Below, in pieces: positions 30,897-40,810 of a stretch of 64,000 bases of DNA (the stretch's first letter is position 1; each line of letters begins with the position of its first letter). Location of the stretch: positions 320,001 to 384,000 of the forward strand of contig CAWGYD010000005.1 of NCBI GenBank assembly GCA_963826785.1. The letters are read 5' to 3'. A program made the translations under genes and the position numbers. Below the pieces are notes generated by a model, which was not told the origin of the DNA, did no database searches, and was given only the letters and a program-made list of their open reading frames with translations. This stretch comes from an uncultured delta proteobacterium (GTDB taxonomy: Bacteria; Desulfobacterota; Desulfobacteria; Desulfobacterales; Desulfosalsimonadaceae).

Positions 30897-32039
30897 TTGG
30901 ACGACAGCAGAAAAGACAGCAGCCAGGAGCTGGACGGGCTTCGCCGTCAGATTGATGAAATTGATGAGCAGCTGGTACAACTTCTGGCCGAACGGCAAAA
31001 GCAGGTCGGGCGGGTCGTTGAACTGAAAAAACGCTACAGCCTGCCGGTTTATCATCCGGCGCGGGAGGAAGACGTGATCACCGGCCGCCGGGAGCAGGCC
31101 CGCCGGATGGGCCTGAATCCCGATTTTGTGGAGGAGCTGTATCGCATCATTATCCGGCAGTCGCGAATCGAGCAGTCCGGGCACCTGGCGCGAAAGGCCA
31201 TCCGGCCCGGTGCGGCCGTGCTGATCGTTGGCGGACACGGTGAGATGGGGCGCTATTTTGCCCGATGCTTCGACGCGGCCGGATACGAGGTTCGGCTCAT
31301 GGGGCGCAACGACTGGGATCGTATCGAATCCCTGTGCACCGGAATCGATATGGCCATGGTATCGGTTCCCATCGAATCCACCGCCGAAATTATTGATCGG
31401 CTGGGGCCCCATCTGCCTTCACATGCGGTGCTCACCGATATTACCAGCATCAAATCGGAGCCGCTGAAATCCATGCTTTGTGCGCATTCCGGGCCGGTAC
31501 TGGGGCTGCATCCCCTGTTCGGCCCCACCCCGGCATCCCTGGACAAGCAGATTATCGTGGCCACGCCCGGAAGGGACCAGGAGAAATACCAGTGGATCCT
31601 CGACCAGTTCGCGGCCTGGGGAGCCGTGGTCGTGATCTCCGATCCTGACGAGCACGATGAGGTGATGTCCGTGGTGCAGGCCCTGCGCCATTTTGCCACC
31701 TTCTCCTTCGGCCAGTTCCTGGCGAAAAGAAACGTCCCGCTGGCCAGGACCCTGGAATTTTCGAGTCCGATTTACCGGCTGGAACTGGGCATGGTGGGCC
31801 GTCTGTTCGCCCAGGATGCCGCCTTGTATGCAGAGATCATCTTCTCCTCCAAAAAGCGCTTGGAATTGCTCAAGTCTTACATAGAAGGCCTGAGCGCCAA
31901 TATGTCCATGCTGGAATCGGGCGACAAGGCCGATTTCATCGCGCAGTTCAATCAAATAGCGGAGTGGTTCGGGCCTTTCGGCGAACAAGCCATGCGGGAG
32001 AGTTCTTTTCTGATTGACAAGCTGATCGAACGCTTTTGA
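30897..32039 (+). CDS. tyrA: Bifunctional chorismate mutase / prephenate dehydrogenase
   Basis: LRRQIDEIDEQLVQLLAER AroQ domain, GGHGEMG, HPLFGP, QALRHF and SSPIYRLEL. Confidence 0.92.
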   Translation: MDDSRKDSSQELDGLRRQIDEIDEQLVQLLAERQKQVGRVVELKKRYSLPVYHPAREEDVITGRREQARRMGLNPDFVEELYRIIIRQSRIEQSGHLARKAIRPGAAVLIVGGHGEMGRYFARCFDAAGYEVRLMGRNDWDRIESLCTGIDMAMVSVPIESTAEIIDRLGPHLPSHAVLTDITSIKSEPLKSMLCAHSGPVLGLHPLFGPTPASLDKQIIVATPGRDQEKYQWILDQFAAWGAVVVISDPDEHDEVMSVVQALRHFATFSFGQFLAKRNVPLARTLEFSSPIYRLELGMVGRLFAQDAALYAEIIFSSKKRLELLKSYIEGLSANMSMLESGDKADFIAQFNQIAEWFGPFGEQAMRESSFLIDKLIERF

Positions 32040-32875
32040 CGCAAGACATGGAATTTATCAAGTACCACGACTTCGGGCCGGTCAAATCCTGCGAACTGGG
32101 ATGGTCGCCGGCAGGACGCCCTTTAATGACGGTGCACTGCTTTATTCTGGGCAGCATCCTGATCGATACCGGTCTTTCCCACATGCAGGCTTACGTCCTG
32201 AATCTGGTAAAGCAATATCGAATCTCGCAGGTGCTGCTGACGCACCATCACGAGGATCACAGCGGCAATGCCGCGGCCATTGCCCAGGCATTCGGCATTC
32301 CGGTTTTGGGGCATCCGGAAACCGTTCGCAAAATGCGGGGTCCCCGTAAAATGCTGCCGTATCAGCACCTGATGTGGGGGCGTGCCATGCCCCTTGAGAT
32401 GCGGGAGGTGCCGGCCATTGTCGATACGGGAAAACACCGGCTGACGCCGATCCATACCCCCGGGCACAGTCGGGACCATACCGTTTACCTCGCACCGGAG
32501 TTGGGAATCCTCTTTTCCGGTGATCTTTATCTTTCCGATCGGATCAAGTATTTCCGCTCCGATGAACAGATCGGGGACCAGATCCGTTCCCTGAAACACA
32601 TCCTATCCCATGATTTTGAGATCCTTTTATGCAATCACCGGCCCCAACTGACCCGGGGGCGGATTCACCTGGCCAGGAAACTGCAGTATCTGGAGGACTT
32701 CAAAGGAAACGTAGCGGGTCTGGCCGAAAAGGGGATGACTGCATCGGCCATCATGCAAAAGCTGCGCTTGCAGGAGCAGCATCTGGTCAAATGGATCTGC
32801 TTTGGCAATGTCAGCATGAAGCAGATGGTCCGGTCGGTAATATCCGATCACCGGCAAACATCATCAAGCAGATAA
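32036..32875 (+). CDS. MBL-fold metallo-hydrolase
   Basis: LIDTG, THHHEDHSG, TPGHS and FSGD. Confidence 0.88.
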   Translation: MTQDMEFIKYHDFGPVKSCELGWSPAGRPLMTVHCFILGSILIDTGLSHMQAYVLNLVKQYRISQVLLTHHHEDHSGNAAAIAQAFGIPVLGHPETVRKMRGPRKMLPYQHLMWGRAMPLEMREVPAIVDTGKHRLTPIHTPGHSRDHTVYLAPELGILFSGDLYLSDRIKYFRSDEQIGDQIRSLKHILSHDFEILLCNHRPQLTRGRIHLARKLQYLEDFKGNVAGLAEKGMTASAIMQKLRLQEQHLVKWICFGNVSMKQMVRSVISDHRQTSSSR

Positions 32876-33003
32876 CTGATCCTTTTAGAGGCTTCCGCGT
32901 GCAGCCAAAAGTCTTCGTCCAAAGCAGATGACCCGTCAAGAGACTGTCATTTAATGCCAGGCCAAAAACATCCTCCGCAATAGCGGGAACTGCAACCTTC
33001 CCG

Positions 33004-34833
33004 CTACAGGCCGCCGGATCTGAACTTTTGAACCTGGTCCCGGTAATAGGACTTGTTCGACCCGGCCAGGCGCAGGGCATCCTCGCTGGTGGACAGGGCC
33101 TTTTGAATATCGCCATTGACGTAATAGGCCTCTGCCAGGGTATCGAGGATGTGCGCCTCCGGAGACAAACTGGCCGCTCGTTTGGCCAGTTGCAGCGCTT
33201 TTTGCGGATGCCGGCAATCCGGCTGGGGGCAGGTGGCATACAGCCAGGCCAGGTTGTTCAGTGCACGGACATGGTCCGGATCGATGGCAATGGCCTTCTG
33301 GTAGGCGGCAATGGTCTTGCCGAAGTCTTCCTCGCTGTAATAGATGTCTCCCAGGACCTGGTACAGGTCTGCATTGTCCGGCTGGGCTTCAATCTGATGG
33401 ATCACAATGTTTTTTAACAGACCGGTGTTGAGCGTTTCGGCGGTCGCGCCGAAATTGAGCTGATATCCCGCCCAGCCGGCCAGGATCAAGCCGACCGCAT
33501 ACAAGAGGATGGTGCTTTTGATTTTGCGGTCCTGGCGCTTCACCCATCGGCGGTCCTGCTGACTCTTTTCAAGGTAATCGATTCTTTCCTGCAGGCTGAA
33601 ATGGTGCCAGTTGGGCCGGTCCTTGGGCTGCCCGCTAGTGGATGCGATTTTCTCGAAAGTGGTCACCAGGGGCTGGGCGCTTCCCATGATTGAAAGCGCG
33701 TGCAGATCGGCCTGGCGCTCGAAATTGCGCATGAAAAACCCGAACACATACCGAAAATAGAGCAGAAACACGACAATCATGACGAAGCTGAACGTAATGG
33801 AGATGAAGGTATTATAATTTGCGCCTTTATCCGCTATTCCATAAACGGCCTCGGCATAGAGGATCAGGTAGATGATGAAATTCAGCAGGGAAAAGGCGAT
33901 CACCAGGTATCCGGCAAAAAAGATCAGATAAAACAGCAGATGTTTTTTCTGGATATGACCGATTTCGTGGGCCACCACCGCGTCGATCTCCAGCGGGTCC
34001 AGCTGCCGGAGAAGGGCAGGGGTCACCAGGATGTACCGGAATCGCTTGATCAGCCCCATGACCCCGGCGGTAATGGCCCGGCCGCCGAACAGGGGCCAGA
34101 TCATGATGTCCCGGTATTTCATGCCGGCTCTTTCACAAAGCGATTCGATCCTGTGCCGCGTCAGGCCGGGTTTCAATGGCCGGCATCCCCAGAACCACTG
34201 AATCATCCAGGGGCCGATAATGGCCAGGAGCAAAAGGAAGAACAGGAAATAGCCGATCTGCCCGGCCGGGGACATGAGCAGCGCTTTTGGCCCCTCAAAG
34301 GGGAGCAGGTTGATCAGGTCGGCAGTGGCGGACAAAAACAGCCATGGCAGCAGCACCGGCAGGGAGAAAAAAATGTTGGAAAGTACGTATTCCCGGAGGC
34401 TCCCGCCGGTTCTGTAAATCCGTTCATGGGCGCCGTAGGCGAAGATCCATACCAGGGTCAGATACCCGACAAAAAGTGCCAGAAACAACAGCGCTTCCAG
34501 TGTGGGAACCTGTTTGACCACCGGCAGGCGGTACAGCAGCACCCCGATGTTGACCACATAGACATCCAGCGCAAAGACCAGGAGGGAAAGGAAGTACAGA
34601 CGGGTCAGGGTCTGATGAAACAGGTGGTCCAGATCCCTTAAGTGCAGCCGTTCGACCCGGGACCGGACCCTGCGGAACTGAAGCCAGGAAAAAAAGGCAA
34701 AGGAGGCGATCAGAGCCAGAAATAAAAAAATCGTGCGCCAGACCGGAAATTGGGGATCATCTGCGGGCTGATAGGTGGAGTAGATCAGAAGGGCGATGAT
34801 GTAATATAAGAAATTGCCGAACATGGAGATCAC
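33004..34833 (-). CDS. M48-family membrane metallopeptidase with C-terminal TPR
   Basis: Multiple TM helices, HEIGH, ERQAD, and TPR with NNLAWLYAT. Confidence 0.88.
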   Translation of the reverse strand: MISMFGNFLYYIIALLIYSTYQPADDPQFPVWRTIFLFLALIASFAFFSWLQFRRVRSRVERLHLRDLDHLFHQTLTRLYFLSLLVFALDVYVVNIGVLLYRLPVVKQVPTLEALLFLALFVGYLTLVWIFAYGAHERIYRTGGSLREYVLSNIFFSLPVLLPWLFLSATADLINLLPFEGPKALLMSPAGQIGYFLFFLLLLAIIGPWMIQWFWGCRPLKPGLTRHRIESLCERAGMKYRDIMIWPLFGGRAITAGVMGLIKRFRYILVTPALLRQLDPLEIDAVVAHEIGHIQKKHLLFYLIFFAGYLVIAFSLLNFIIYLILYAEAVYGIADKGANYNTFISITFSFVMIVVFLLYFRYVFGFFMRNFERQADLHALSIMGSAQPLVTTFEKIASTSGQPKDRPNWHHFSLQERIDYLEKSQQDRRWVKRQDRKIKSTILLYAVGLILAGWAGYQLNFGATAETLNTGLLKNIVIHQIEAQPDNADLYQVLGDIYYSEEDFGKTIAAYQKAIAIDPDHVRALNNLAWLYATCPQPDCRHPQKALQLAKRAASLSPEAHILDTLAEAYYVNGDIQKALSTSEDALRLAGSNKSYYRDQVQKFRSGGL

Positions 34834-35378
34834 GCGCCCCGGTTTTTTCCGGAGGGGCAGAACCGCTCCTTTTCACTGTATATGCATCCGCAATACGGCT
34901 GCCGGTACATTTCCATGGCCTTGGAAGCGGCGATCCCTTCCTTCCATCCGACCCTGAAATCCTCGTAGTAAAATTCAACGCCGATGTTTTTCCCCACGGA
35001 TTCGCCGATGGAGCGGATGAGATCATGCTTTTGAAATTTGCTGTAGAGCAGGGTGGTGGTGAAATGGGAAAACCGCCCTTTTCTGGCAATATGGGCGGCA
35101 GCGGTCAATCGTTCGAAATAGCAGATCCGGCAGCGGTCTCCTTCCCTGAATACGATTTTGCGCAAAAAACCCTCCACATCATATCCCTGCTCGTACACCA
35201 CCTTGATGTCCTGTTTCCGGGCATACGCTTCCAGGGTCTGGCGGCGTTTCTCCGATTCGGTGAAGGGATGGATGTTATGGGGGTAAAAATATCCCATCAG
35301 TTCGACATTTTTCCGCCTGAGTGACGCAATGGGGTAGATGGCACATGGGGCGCAACAGATATGGACCAGCATTTTCAT
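34830..35378 (-). CDS. queH: Epoxyqueuosine reductase QueH
   Basis: HICCAPC, NIHP, RCRIC and YRQPYCGCIYS. Confidence 0.92.
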   Translation of the reverse strand: MKMLVHICCAPCAIYPIASLRRKNVELMGYFYPHNIHPFTESEKRRQTLEAYARKQDIKVVYEQGYDVEGFLRKIVFREGDRCRICYFERLTAAAHIARKGRFSHFTTTLLYSKFQKHDLIRSIGESVGKNIGVEFYYEDFRVGWKEGIAASKAMEMYRQPYCGCIYSEKERFCPSGKNRGA

Positions 35379-36064
35379 GCGCGTTCTCCGAAAATGGCGG
35401 TCCCGATCCGCACCATGGTCGCGCCTTCTGCGATGGCGGCCGCAAAATCGCCGGTCATGCCCATGGAAAGCGCTTCCATCCGGACATTTTCAATCCCGGA
35501 TGATCCGATGTGGGCGCTCAGCCGGGATAAGGATTTAAAGTAGGGCCGGGCCTTTTCCGGGCAGTCGAAGAAGGGGGGCATGGTCATCAATCCCCGGATG
35601 GAAAGATGCTCCAACCGGCTGATGTCCGTGATCAGGGCGAGCGCATCGTCTTTGGCGACGCCGGCCTTGGACGGCTCTTCGGCAATATTGACCTGGATGA
35701 GAATCTGCTGGATCTTGCCCATCTTCTGCGCCTGTTTGTCGATTTCTGCGGCCAGTTTGAATCGGTCCACCGAATGGATCAGGTCGAAATGGCGGACGGC
35801 GTACGCGGCCTTTTTGGTCTGCAGGCGGCCGATGAAATGCCAGGATACCGGCTGATCGGCAAGGGCGTCGATTTTGGGAAGCGCTTCCTGGATATAGTTT
35901 TCACCCAGGGTGTCGATACCGGCCGCAATGCCCTGCCGGATCCGGTCCGCGGAAACGGTTTTGGTCACCGCGATCAGCCGGATTTGATCGGGATCACGGC
36001 CGCTGGCCAATGCCGCCTTACGGATTTCAGACCTGATTTGGATGACTGCCTCTTTTATGCTCAA
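35375..36064 (-). CDS. yggS: PLP homeostasis protein YggS
   Basis: LIAVTK, GENYIQE, WHFIG, LSMGM and VRIGTAIFG. Confidence 0.95.
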   Translation of the reverse strand: MSIKEAVIQIRSEIRKAALASGRDPDQIRLIAVTKTVSADRIRQGIAAGIDTLGENYIQEALPKIDALADQPVSWHFIGRLQTKKAAYAVRHFDLIHSVDRFKLAAEIDKQAQKMGKIQQILIQVNIAEEPSKAGVAKDDALALITDISRLEHLSIRGLMTMPPFFDCPEKARPYFKSLSRLSAHIGSSGIENVRMEALSMGMTGDFAAAIAEGATMVRIGTAIFGERA

Positions 36065-36696
36065 CCATTTTCTCCCGGAAAGTGCATCGTCTGACCGGAG
36101 CCGGTGCCGAGTCGAACAACATTGTGGGCAAGCAGATGGTCAAAGAGCATGCATACCGGAAGGCCCACCACATTGGTGTAAGAGCCCCGGATCTGCCGCA
36201 CCATAAACGATCCGATTCCCTGAATGCCGTATCCGCCGGCTTTGTCATAGGGTTCCCCGGTCCGGATATACCATTCGATCTCCGCTTCGGAAAGGATTTT
36301 AAAATCCACTTCCGTTGCTGCCGCATCCGTGTGGCTGTGGCGGCATTGTCGGCAAATCACCGATATACCGGTATACACCCGGTGCGTTTTCCCGCTCAGC
36401 CGGTGCATCATGTTCCTGGCATCCTCGAGGGAAGACGGTTTCCCCAGTACCCGATCATCCACCACAACGGCGGAATCGGCGCCGATTACCCAACTGGAAG
36501 GGTGAAGGTCTGCGATTTCTCCTGCCTTGGCGGCAGCAAGTGCCCTGACATAATGTGTCGGTTCGGGATGGGAAAACGCCTCTTCCTTGACCCGGCTCGG
36601 TATAATAGTAAACTGTAAGCCGAGCTTTTCAAGAAGCGCGCGACGCCTGGGGGACGCAGATGCCAGAATTAAATTTTCAGAATCGATCATTTTCAT
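36061..36696 (-). CDS. maf: Maf-family nucleoside triphosphate pyrophosphatase
   Basis: LILASASPRR, IGAD, LGKP, DKAGGYGIQG and NVVGLP. Confidence 0.93.
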   Translation of the reverse strand: MKMIDSENLILASASPRRRALLEKLGLQFTIIPSRVKEEAFSHPEPTHYVRALAAAKAGEIADLHPSSWVIGADSAVVVDDRVLGKPSSLEDARNMMHRLSGKTHRVYTGISVICRQCRHSHTDAAATEVDFKILSEAEIEWYIRTGEPYDKAGGYGIQGIGSFMVRQIRGSYTNVVGLPVCMLFDHLLAHNVVRLGTGSGQTMHFPGENG

Positions 36697-36855
36697 TCTA
36701 TGTTCACGCGGTTCCGGCACTGTTAAATTGAAAAAGGAACTTTTGCAAAAAACCGGCAAAGAAAAAGATTTTTGAAATCTTCGCCTGTCAATTCTCTGTC
36801 TGATGGCCTTTGCGCGTGAATTTAGCAGACGTCCCGGTTTTGGATAAAGAAAATT

Positions 36856-36987
36856 GATGAAGCCGTAAAAAGTCGGATTTTACACTTTCGTCATTCCGGC
36901 GGAGGCCGGAATCTACTACAAACTAAGTTGGTTATAGACTCCGGTTTTCACCGGAGTGACGAACTTCGGACTTTTTACGGGTTCATC
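36856..36987. mobile_element. 132-bp MITE copy 2
   Basis: Six substitutions relative to copy 1. Flanked by a direct AAAATT duplication (36850-36855 and 36988-36993). Confidence 0.85.
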
Positions 36988-37045
36988 AAAATTCTTACCA
37001 CATACCGGCCCTTGATATATAAAATCCCACAATCAGGCGGGCCGA

Positions 37046-39724
37046 TCATTGCCCGATGATCAGCATCTGATCCGGACGGTCAAATGTCCGGGTGATGACT
37101 TGGCCGCACAGGGAGCGGTATTCGATTTGTCCCGGCCCGCAGTAGCCGCCCAGGCCGAAGCAGAGGGTTGAATCGTCCTGATTGCCGGCGCCCCGGCCGG
37201 CAGCGATCTCTCTGACCTGGCTTGCGCCGGGAAGGGTCAGGGTCAACCGCCCGCCGATGCCGAAACGGTTGCAGCCGGAATCACGGATGCCGACCTTGAG
37301 CCAGTGATTCCCGTTGCCGTTGTTTTTCAGCAGGTGGACGCCCTTTTCCCCGGTGACCAGCAAATCAATGAACCCGTCGCCATCGAAGTCGGCAAATGCA
37401 CATCCCCAGGCGTTCTCCACCCGGGTCCCGGAAACCCAGGTGATATCTTCAAACCGGCCCCCGGGTTGGTTGACATATAAATGGGCGTTTCGGCCGGAAT
37501 AGATGGAAGTGATGTAAAGGTCGAGATCGCCGTCATTATCCACATCAGCCAGGGCGGGGTCCGCGTTGGTCTCTTCAAAGGAAATTCCCGAATCAACATA
37601 TATATCGGCAAAAGAATAGCCAGGCGCCCCTCCATTGATCAGGAGCATGTTTTGATCTGAGATTTCAATATAGCGGGGGTGGGCCAGGTTGGTGATGAAC
37701 AGGTCCGGGTCGGTGTCATTGTCCAGATCGCCGCTTACCGGACCGATGGAATGTCCGAAATAGCCCTTTTTCATGTATCCGCGCACGCCGGCCTTTTCGG
37801 ATCGGTCCACCAGGGTGAGATCGCCGCGATTCATCCACAGGAAATTGGGGTCCAGGCGATAGTTGGCGACGACGATATCGAGGTAACCGTCCTGGTTGTA
37901 ATCCGTCCAGGTGGCGCCGCGGCCGCACATGGCCTCATCGGTGATGATGCCGGCACGGTCTGAGATATCGGAAAATCCGCCGGATCCGTCATTGAGATAG
38001 AGCTGATCCGGTATGCCGGTGCCCCGCATGATTGAAAAATTTTCATAATTGACCACATACAGATCGATAAACCCGTCGTTGTTCAGGTCTCCCCAGGCCG
38101 CGGCGGCCGTGGTTCGTTTTTCAGCACCGAAAAGTCCATGCTGCACTTCGGTAAAGGCCCCGCCCTGATTGTTGAGCAGGTGGTTTTCGTTCCGGGAATA
38201 GACGAACAGGTCAAGATCGCCGTCATTGTCATAATCGCCGAAAATGCCGCCGTCTGAAGCGGCAAATTCAGAAAGCCCCGCAGCATCGGTAACCTCTTCA
38301 AAATGACCACGGCCGCGATTGCAAAACAGCAGGTGACCATCCAGAAGCAGATCCGGCCGGCCGTCCAGGTTATAGTCCCCCCAGGCGGCATGCTGTGCGG
38401 ATCGGCCGAACAGGCCCGCCGTCTCGGTGACATCCGAAAAGGAAATTTGATGTTGTGCCGAAGCAAAATAGCGGGCCGGGTCGCCGTCAAACGTATATTG
38501 CGATTTCATCAGACTGCGCAGGCGGGGGAGGGGGTCGGCATCGGGGCTGCCGGTTTCAAGGGCACGGCGGTAAAAGGCCACAGCGCCGATCGTGTCTTTT
38601 TGGATTTCAGCGATCTGTCCCAGGTAATCATAGGCCTCACCCAGGAGCGGATCTTCGGCAGCCGCCCGGGAAAGGGCTGCGCGTGCCAGATCAAATTGTT
38701 CCAGGGCAAACCAGGCGCGGCCCATCAGGTAATCGCGTTGCGCTTGCTGATGTTGCAGTTCCGCCTGCCACAATGCATCGCTAAATCCATCGGGTCTTTC
38801 TTCCGGTCGAGCCGTGGCATGATTATCTTCCAGAAGATCGAGGGCTGCTTCCGGGAGTCGGTTTTGTTCGATCAGCCACCGGGCGACCCCGGTTCTGATC
38901 TGTCGGCTGTTTACCTCAGGGGGATTAAATCGAGATATCTCTTCAAGGGGGTCAATGGCACTATCTGCGAGGCGCTGCTTTTCTGAAAGATATTGTCGGG
39001 CGACATATCCGGCGAACCGGCGGTGGGGGAAATGCTCCAGGTACGATTCAATCAGGCGCATTTTGGTCGCCGGCTCTTTTTTTTCAATGATGATCTCTTC
39101 AAAAAGGCTGCGGGCAACACTCTCCTGAAGGTCCGGATCGTCGGGGGGAAGGCTCCGGGCAAGTTCTAAGAGGATGTCCTGCTGCCGGGCCCGATCGCCC
39201 ATGAATTCATATGCAATATAGACCGCAAAGAGGGCTTCCGGCCGGCGTCGGGAAGTATCCAGCAGGTTGCGCGCTTCCTGCCGGATGGTTTCTTTGAGGG
39301 CGGCGTTCTTTTTCCCGTCCGCCAGCCGGGCCATCCACCAGAGGCTGTAGGCGGCGTCATATGCTGGCGCCCTGTCGATCAGTAGACCGGCGGTGAGCGC
39401 CGCCGCCTTGAACTGATCCATGGCAAATTGCGCGGCTGCTTTTTCATACTGCCATTCAACGCGGTCGGGGAAAAGCCGGCCGGCCTGATCAAAAACAAGA
39501 ATCGCCCGTTTGTGAAAGCGCTCCCGGGACAAGGCCGTTCCCTGTTCAACGAGCAACTCATAATCCGGCCCGGAAACGACCTTTGATCTTGCAACGCCCA
39601 CAACATCTGAACCGGTACAGGAAGCAAGGATGAATATTAATGCACAGACCGCAGCGATGCAGCCAAAATAGCGCCGGCCAGAAGAATTTCCCCGATGATC
39701 CGATGCACAGATGGTTTGAATCAT
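37046..39724 (-). CDS. TPR + FG-GAP repeat (CRTAC1/ASPIC-UnbV-like) lipoprotein
   Basis: Lipobox ILASC, TPR-like N-terminal half, seven D-x-D/N-x-D-G-x-x-D-type repeats, and C-terminal FGLG. Confidence 0.8.
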   Translation of the reverse strand: MIQTICASDHRGNSSGRRYFGCIAAVCALIFILASCTGSDVVGVARSKVVSGPDYELLVEQGTALSRERFHKRAILVFDQAGRLFPDRVEWQYEKAAAQFAMDQFKAAALTAGLLIDRAPAYDAAYSLWWMARLADGKKNAALKETIRQEARNLLDTSRRRPEALFAVYIAYEFMGDRARQQDILLELARSLPPDDPDLQESVARSLFEEIIIEKKEPATKMRLIESYLEHFPHRRFAGYVARQYLSEKQRLADSAIDPLEEISRFNPPEVNSRQIRTGVARWLIEQNRLPEAALDLLEDNHATARPEERPDGFSDALWQAELQHQQAQRDYLMGRAWFALEQFDLARAALSRAAAEDPLLGEAYDYLGQIAEIQKDTIGAVAFYRRALETGSPDADPLPRLRSLMKSQYTFDGDPARYFASAQHQISFSDVTETAGLFGRSAQHAAWGDYNLDGRPDLLLDGHLLFCNRGRGHFEEVTDAAGLSEFAASDGGIFGDYDNDGDLDLFVYSRNENHLLNNQGGAFTEVQHGLFGAEKRTTAAAAWGDLNNDGFIDLYVVNYENFSIMRGTGIPDQLYLNDGSGGFSDISDRAGIITDEAMCGRGATWTDYNQDGYLDIVVANYRLDPNFLWMNRGDLTLVDRSEKAGVRGYMKKGYFGHSIGPVSGDLDNDTDPDLFITNLAHPRYIEISDQNMLLINGGAPGYSFADIYVDSGISFEETNADPALADVDNDGDLDLYITSIYSGRNAHLYVNQPGGRFEDITWVSGTRVENAWGCAFADFDGDGFIDLLVTGEKGVHLLKNNGNGNHWLKVGIRDSGCNRFGIGGRLTLTLPGASQVREIAAGRGAGNQDDSTLCFGLGGYCGPGQIEYRSLCGQVITRTFDRPDQMLIIGQ

Positions 39725-40140
39725 TTAAGTTTATCTCCTGAAATCAATTTAAACGCCTCCGATAAGGCTTTTCGGCATACAGGCTCCGAAATACTGGCGC
39801 ATAAAACCTCTTGAAGAAAAAGATGAAAGTAAATGGGAAGTGTAATGATTTGAATCTACTATAAACGAAGATGAAACGACTCGCAATGATAACAATCCTG
39901 CTTTTCATGCCCCCTGGGCACTTGGATTTGGCTTTCATGGCCTATTTGACATTGCCTGGCAGAAATACGGCAAGGCAATGTCCGTATTCAGGTCGCGAAA
40001 ATTGTCGCGTCCCAGCTGTTTTCGCCTGTTGACTTTAATTGTGATTACAAATAGTTTGAGGGTATGATAATCCGGACAAGGCCGCGCACCATTGCCCACC
40101 TGGAGTTCTTTTAATTGCAATCCACACGGAAGGAAAAAGG

Positions 40141-40638
40141 ATGAAAACAAAGATAATGCTGGTTCTGAGCGTATTCGCATGCCTGCTTGTTCTTCAATCG
40201 ACCACCGCAATTTGCGCCGAATCATCTGGGGCGCCGGAATTGGTGGGGCTTTTGACCAATCAGCTGGGCATAACCGAGAGCCAGGCGTCCGGAGGCGCCG
40301 GGGCGCTTTTCCAGATGGCGAAAGGCAGCCTGCCGGAAAGCGACTATCTGAAAGTGGCTGAAGCGATTCCGGGCATTGACACACTGATCCAGTCCGCGCC
40401 CGCTGTTTCAAGTTCGAACAAAGGGGTTTCAGGCCAAATAGATGGATTTGCAAAAGGATTGGGCTCAATCACCAGGACAGCAGACAACGTAAATAAAATG
40501 GCAATGGTGACCGATCAATTTTCAAAACTGGGGCTTGATCCGGGCATGGTATCCCAGTTCATTCCTATTATCCTGAATTATGCCAACTCAAAAGGAGGGG
40601 AGACTGTTATGAATCTTCTCAAGAGTGTATGGCAATAA
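40141..40638 (+). CDS. Exported protein, DUF2780-like
   Basis: Signal peptide, QLGITESQASGGAGALF and FSKLGLD...FIPIIL. Confidence 0.75.
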   Translation: MKTKIMLVLSVFACLLVLQSTTAICAESSGAPELVGLLTNQLGITESQASGGAGALFQMAKGSLPESDYLKVAEAIPGIDTLIQSAPAVSSSNKGVSGQIDGFAKGLGSITRTADNVNKMAMVTDQFSKLGLDPGMVSQFIPIILNYANSKGGETVMNLLKSVWQ

Positions 40639-40810
40639 ATTCGCTTTTCGCCACCCCGGGAATTTTGGTAAAGATAGTAATGCTAAATTTCCGGGGTGGC
40701 AGGATAAGTGATCCCGCCATTTATCTCCCATGAAGACTTTTCATGGCAATTCCAGCAGTCTGTAAACTGCATAAGCGCTTTGGCCTATATAAAATTCAGG
40801 AATCGTAAAA

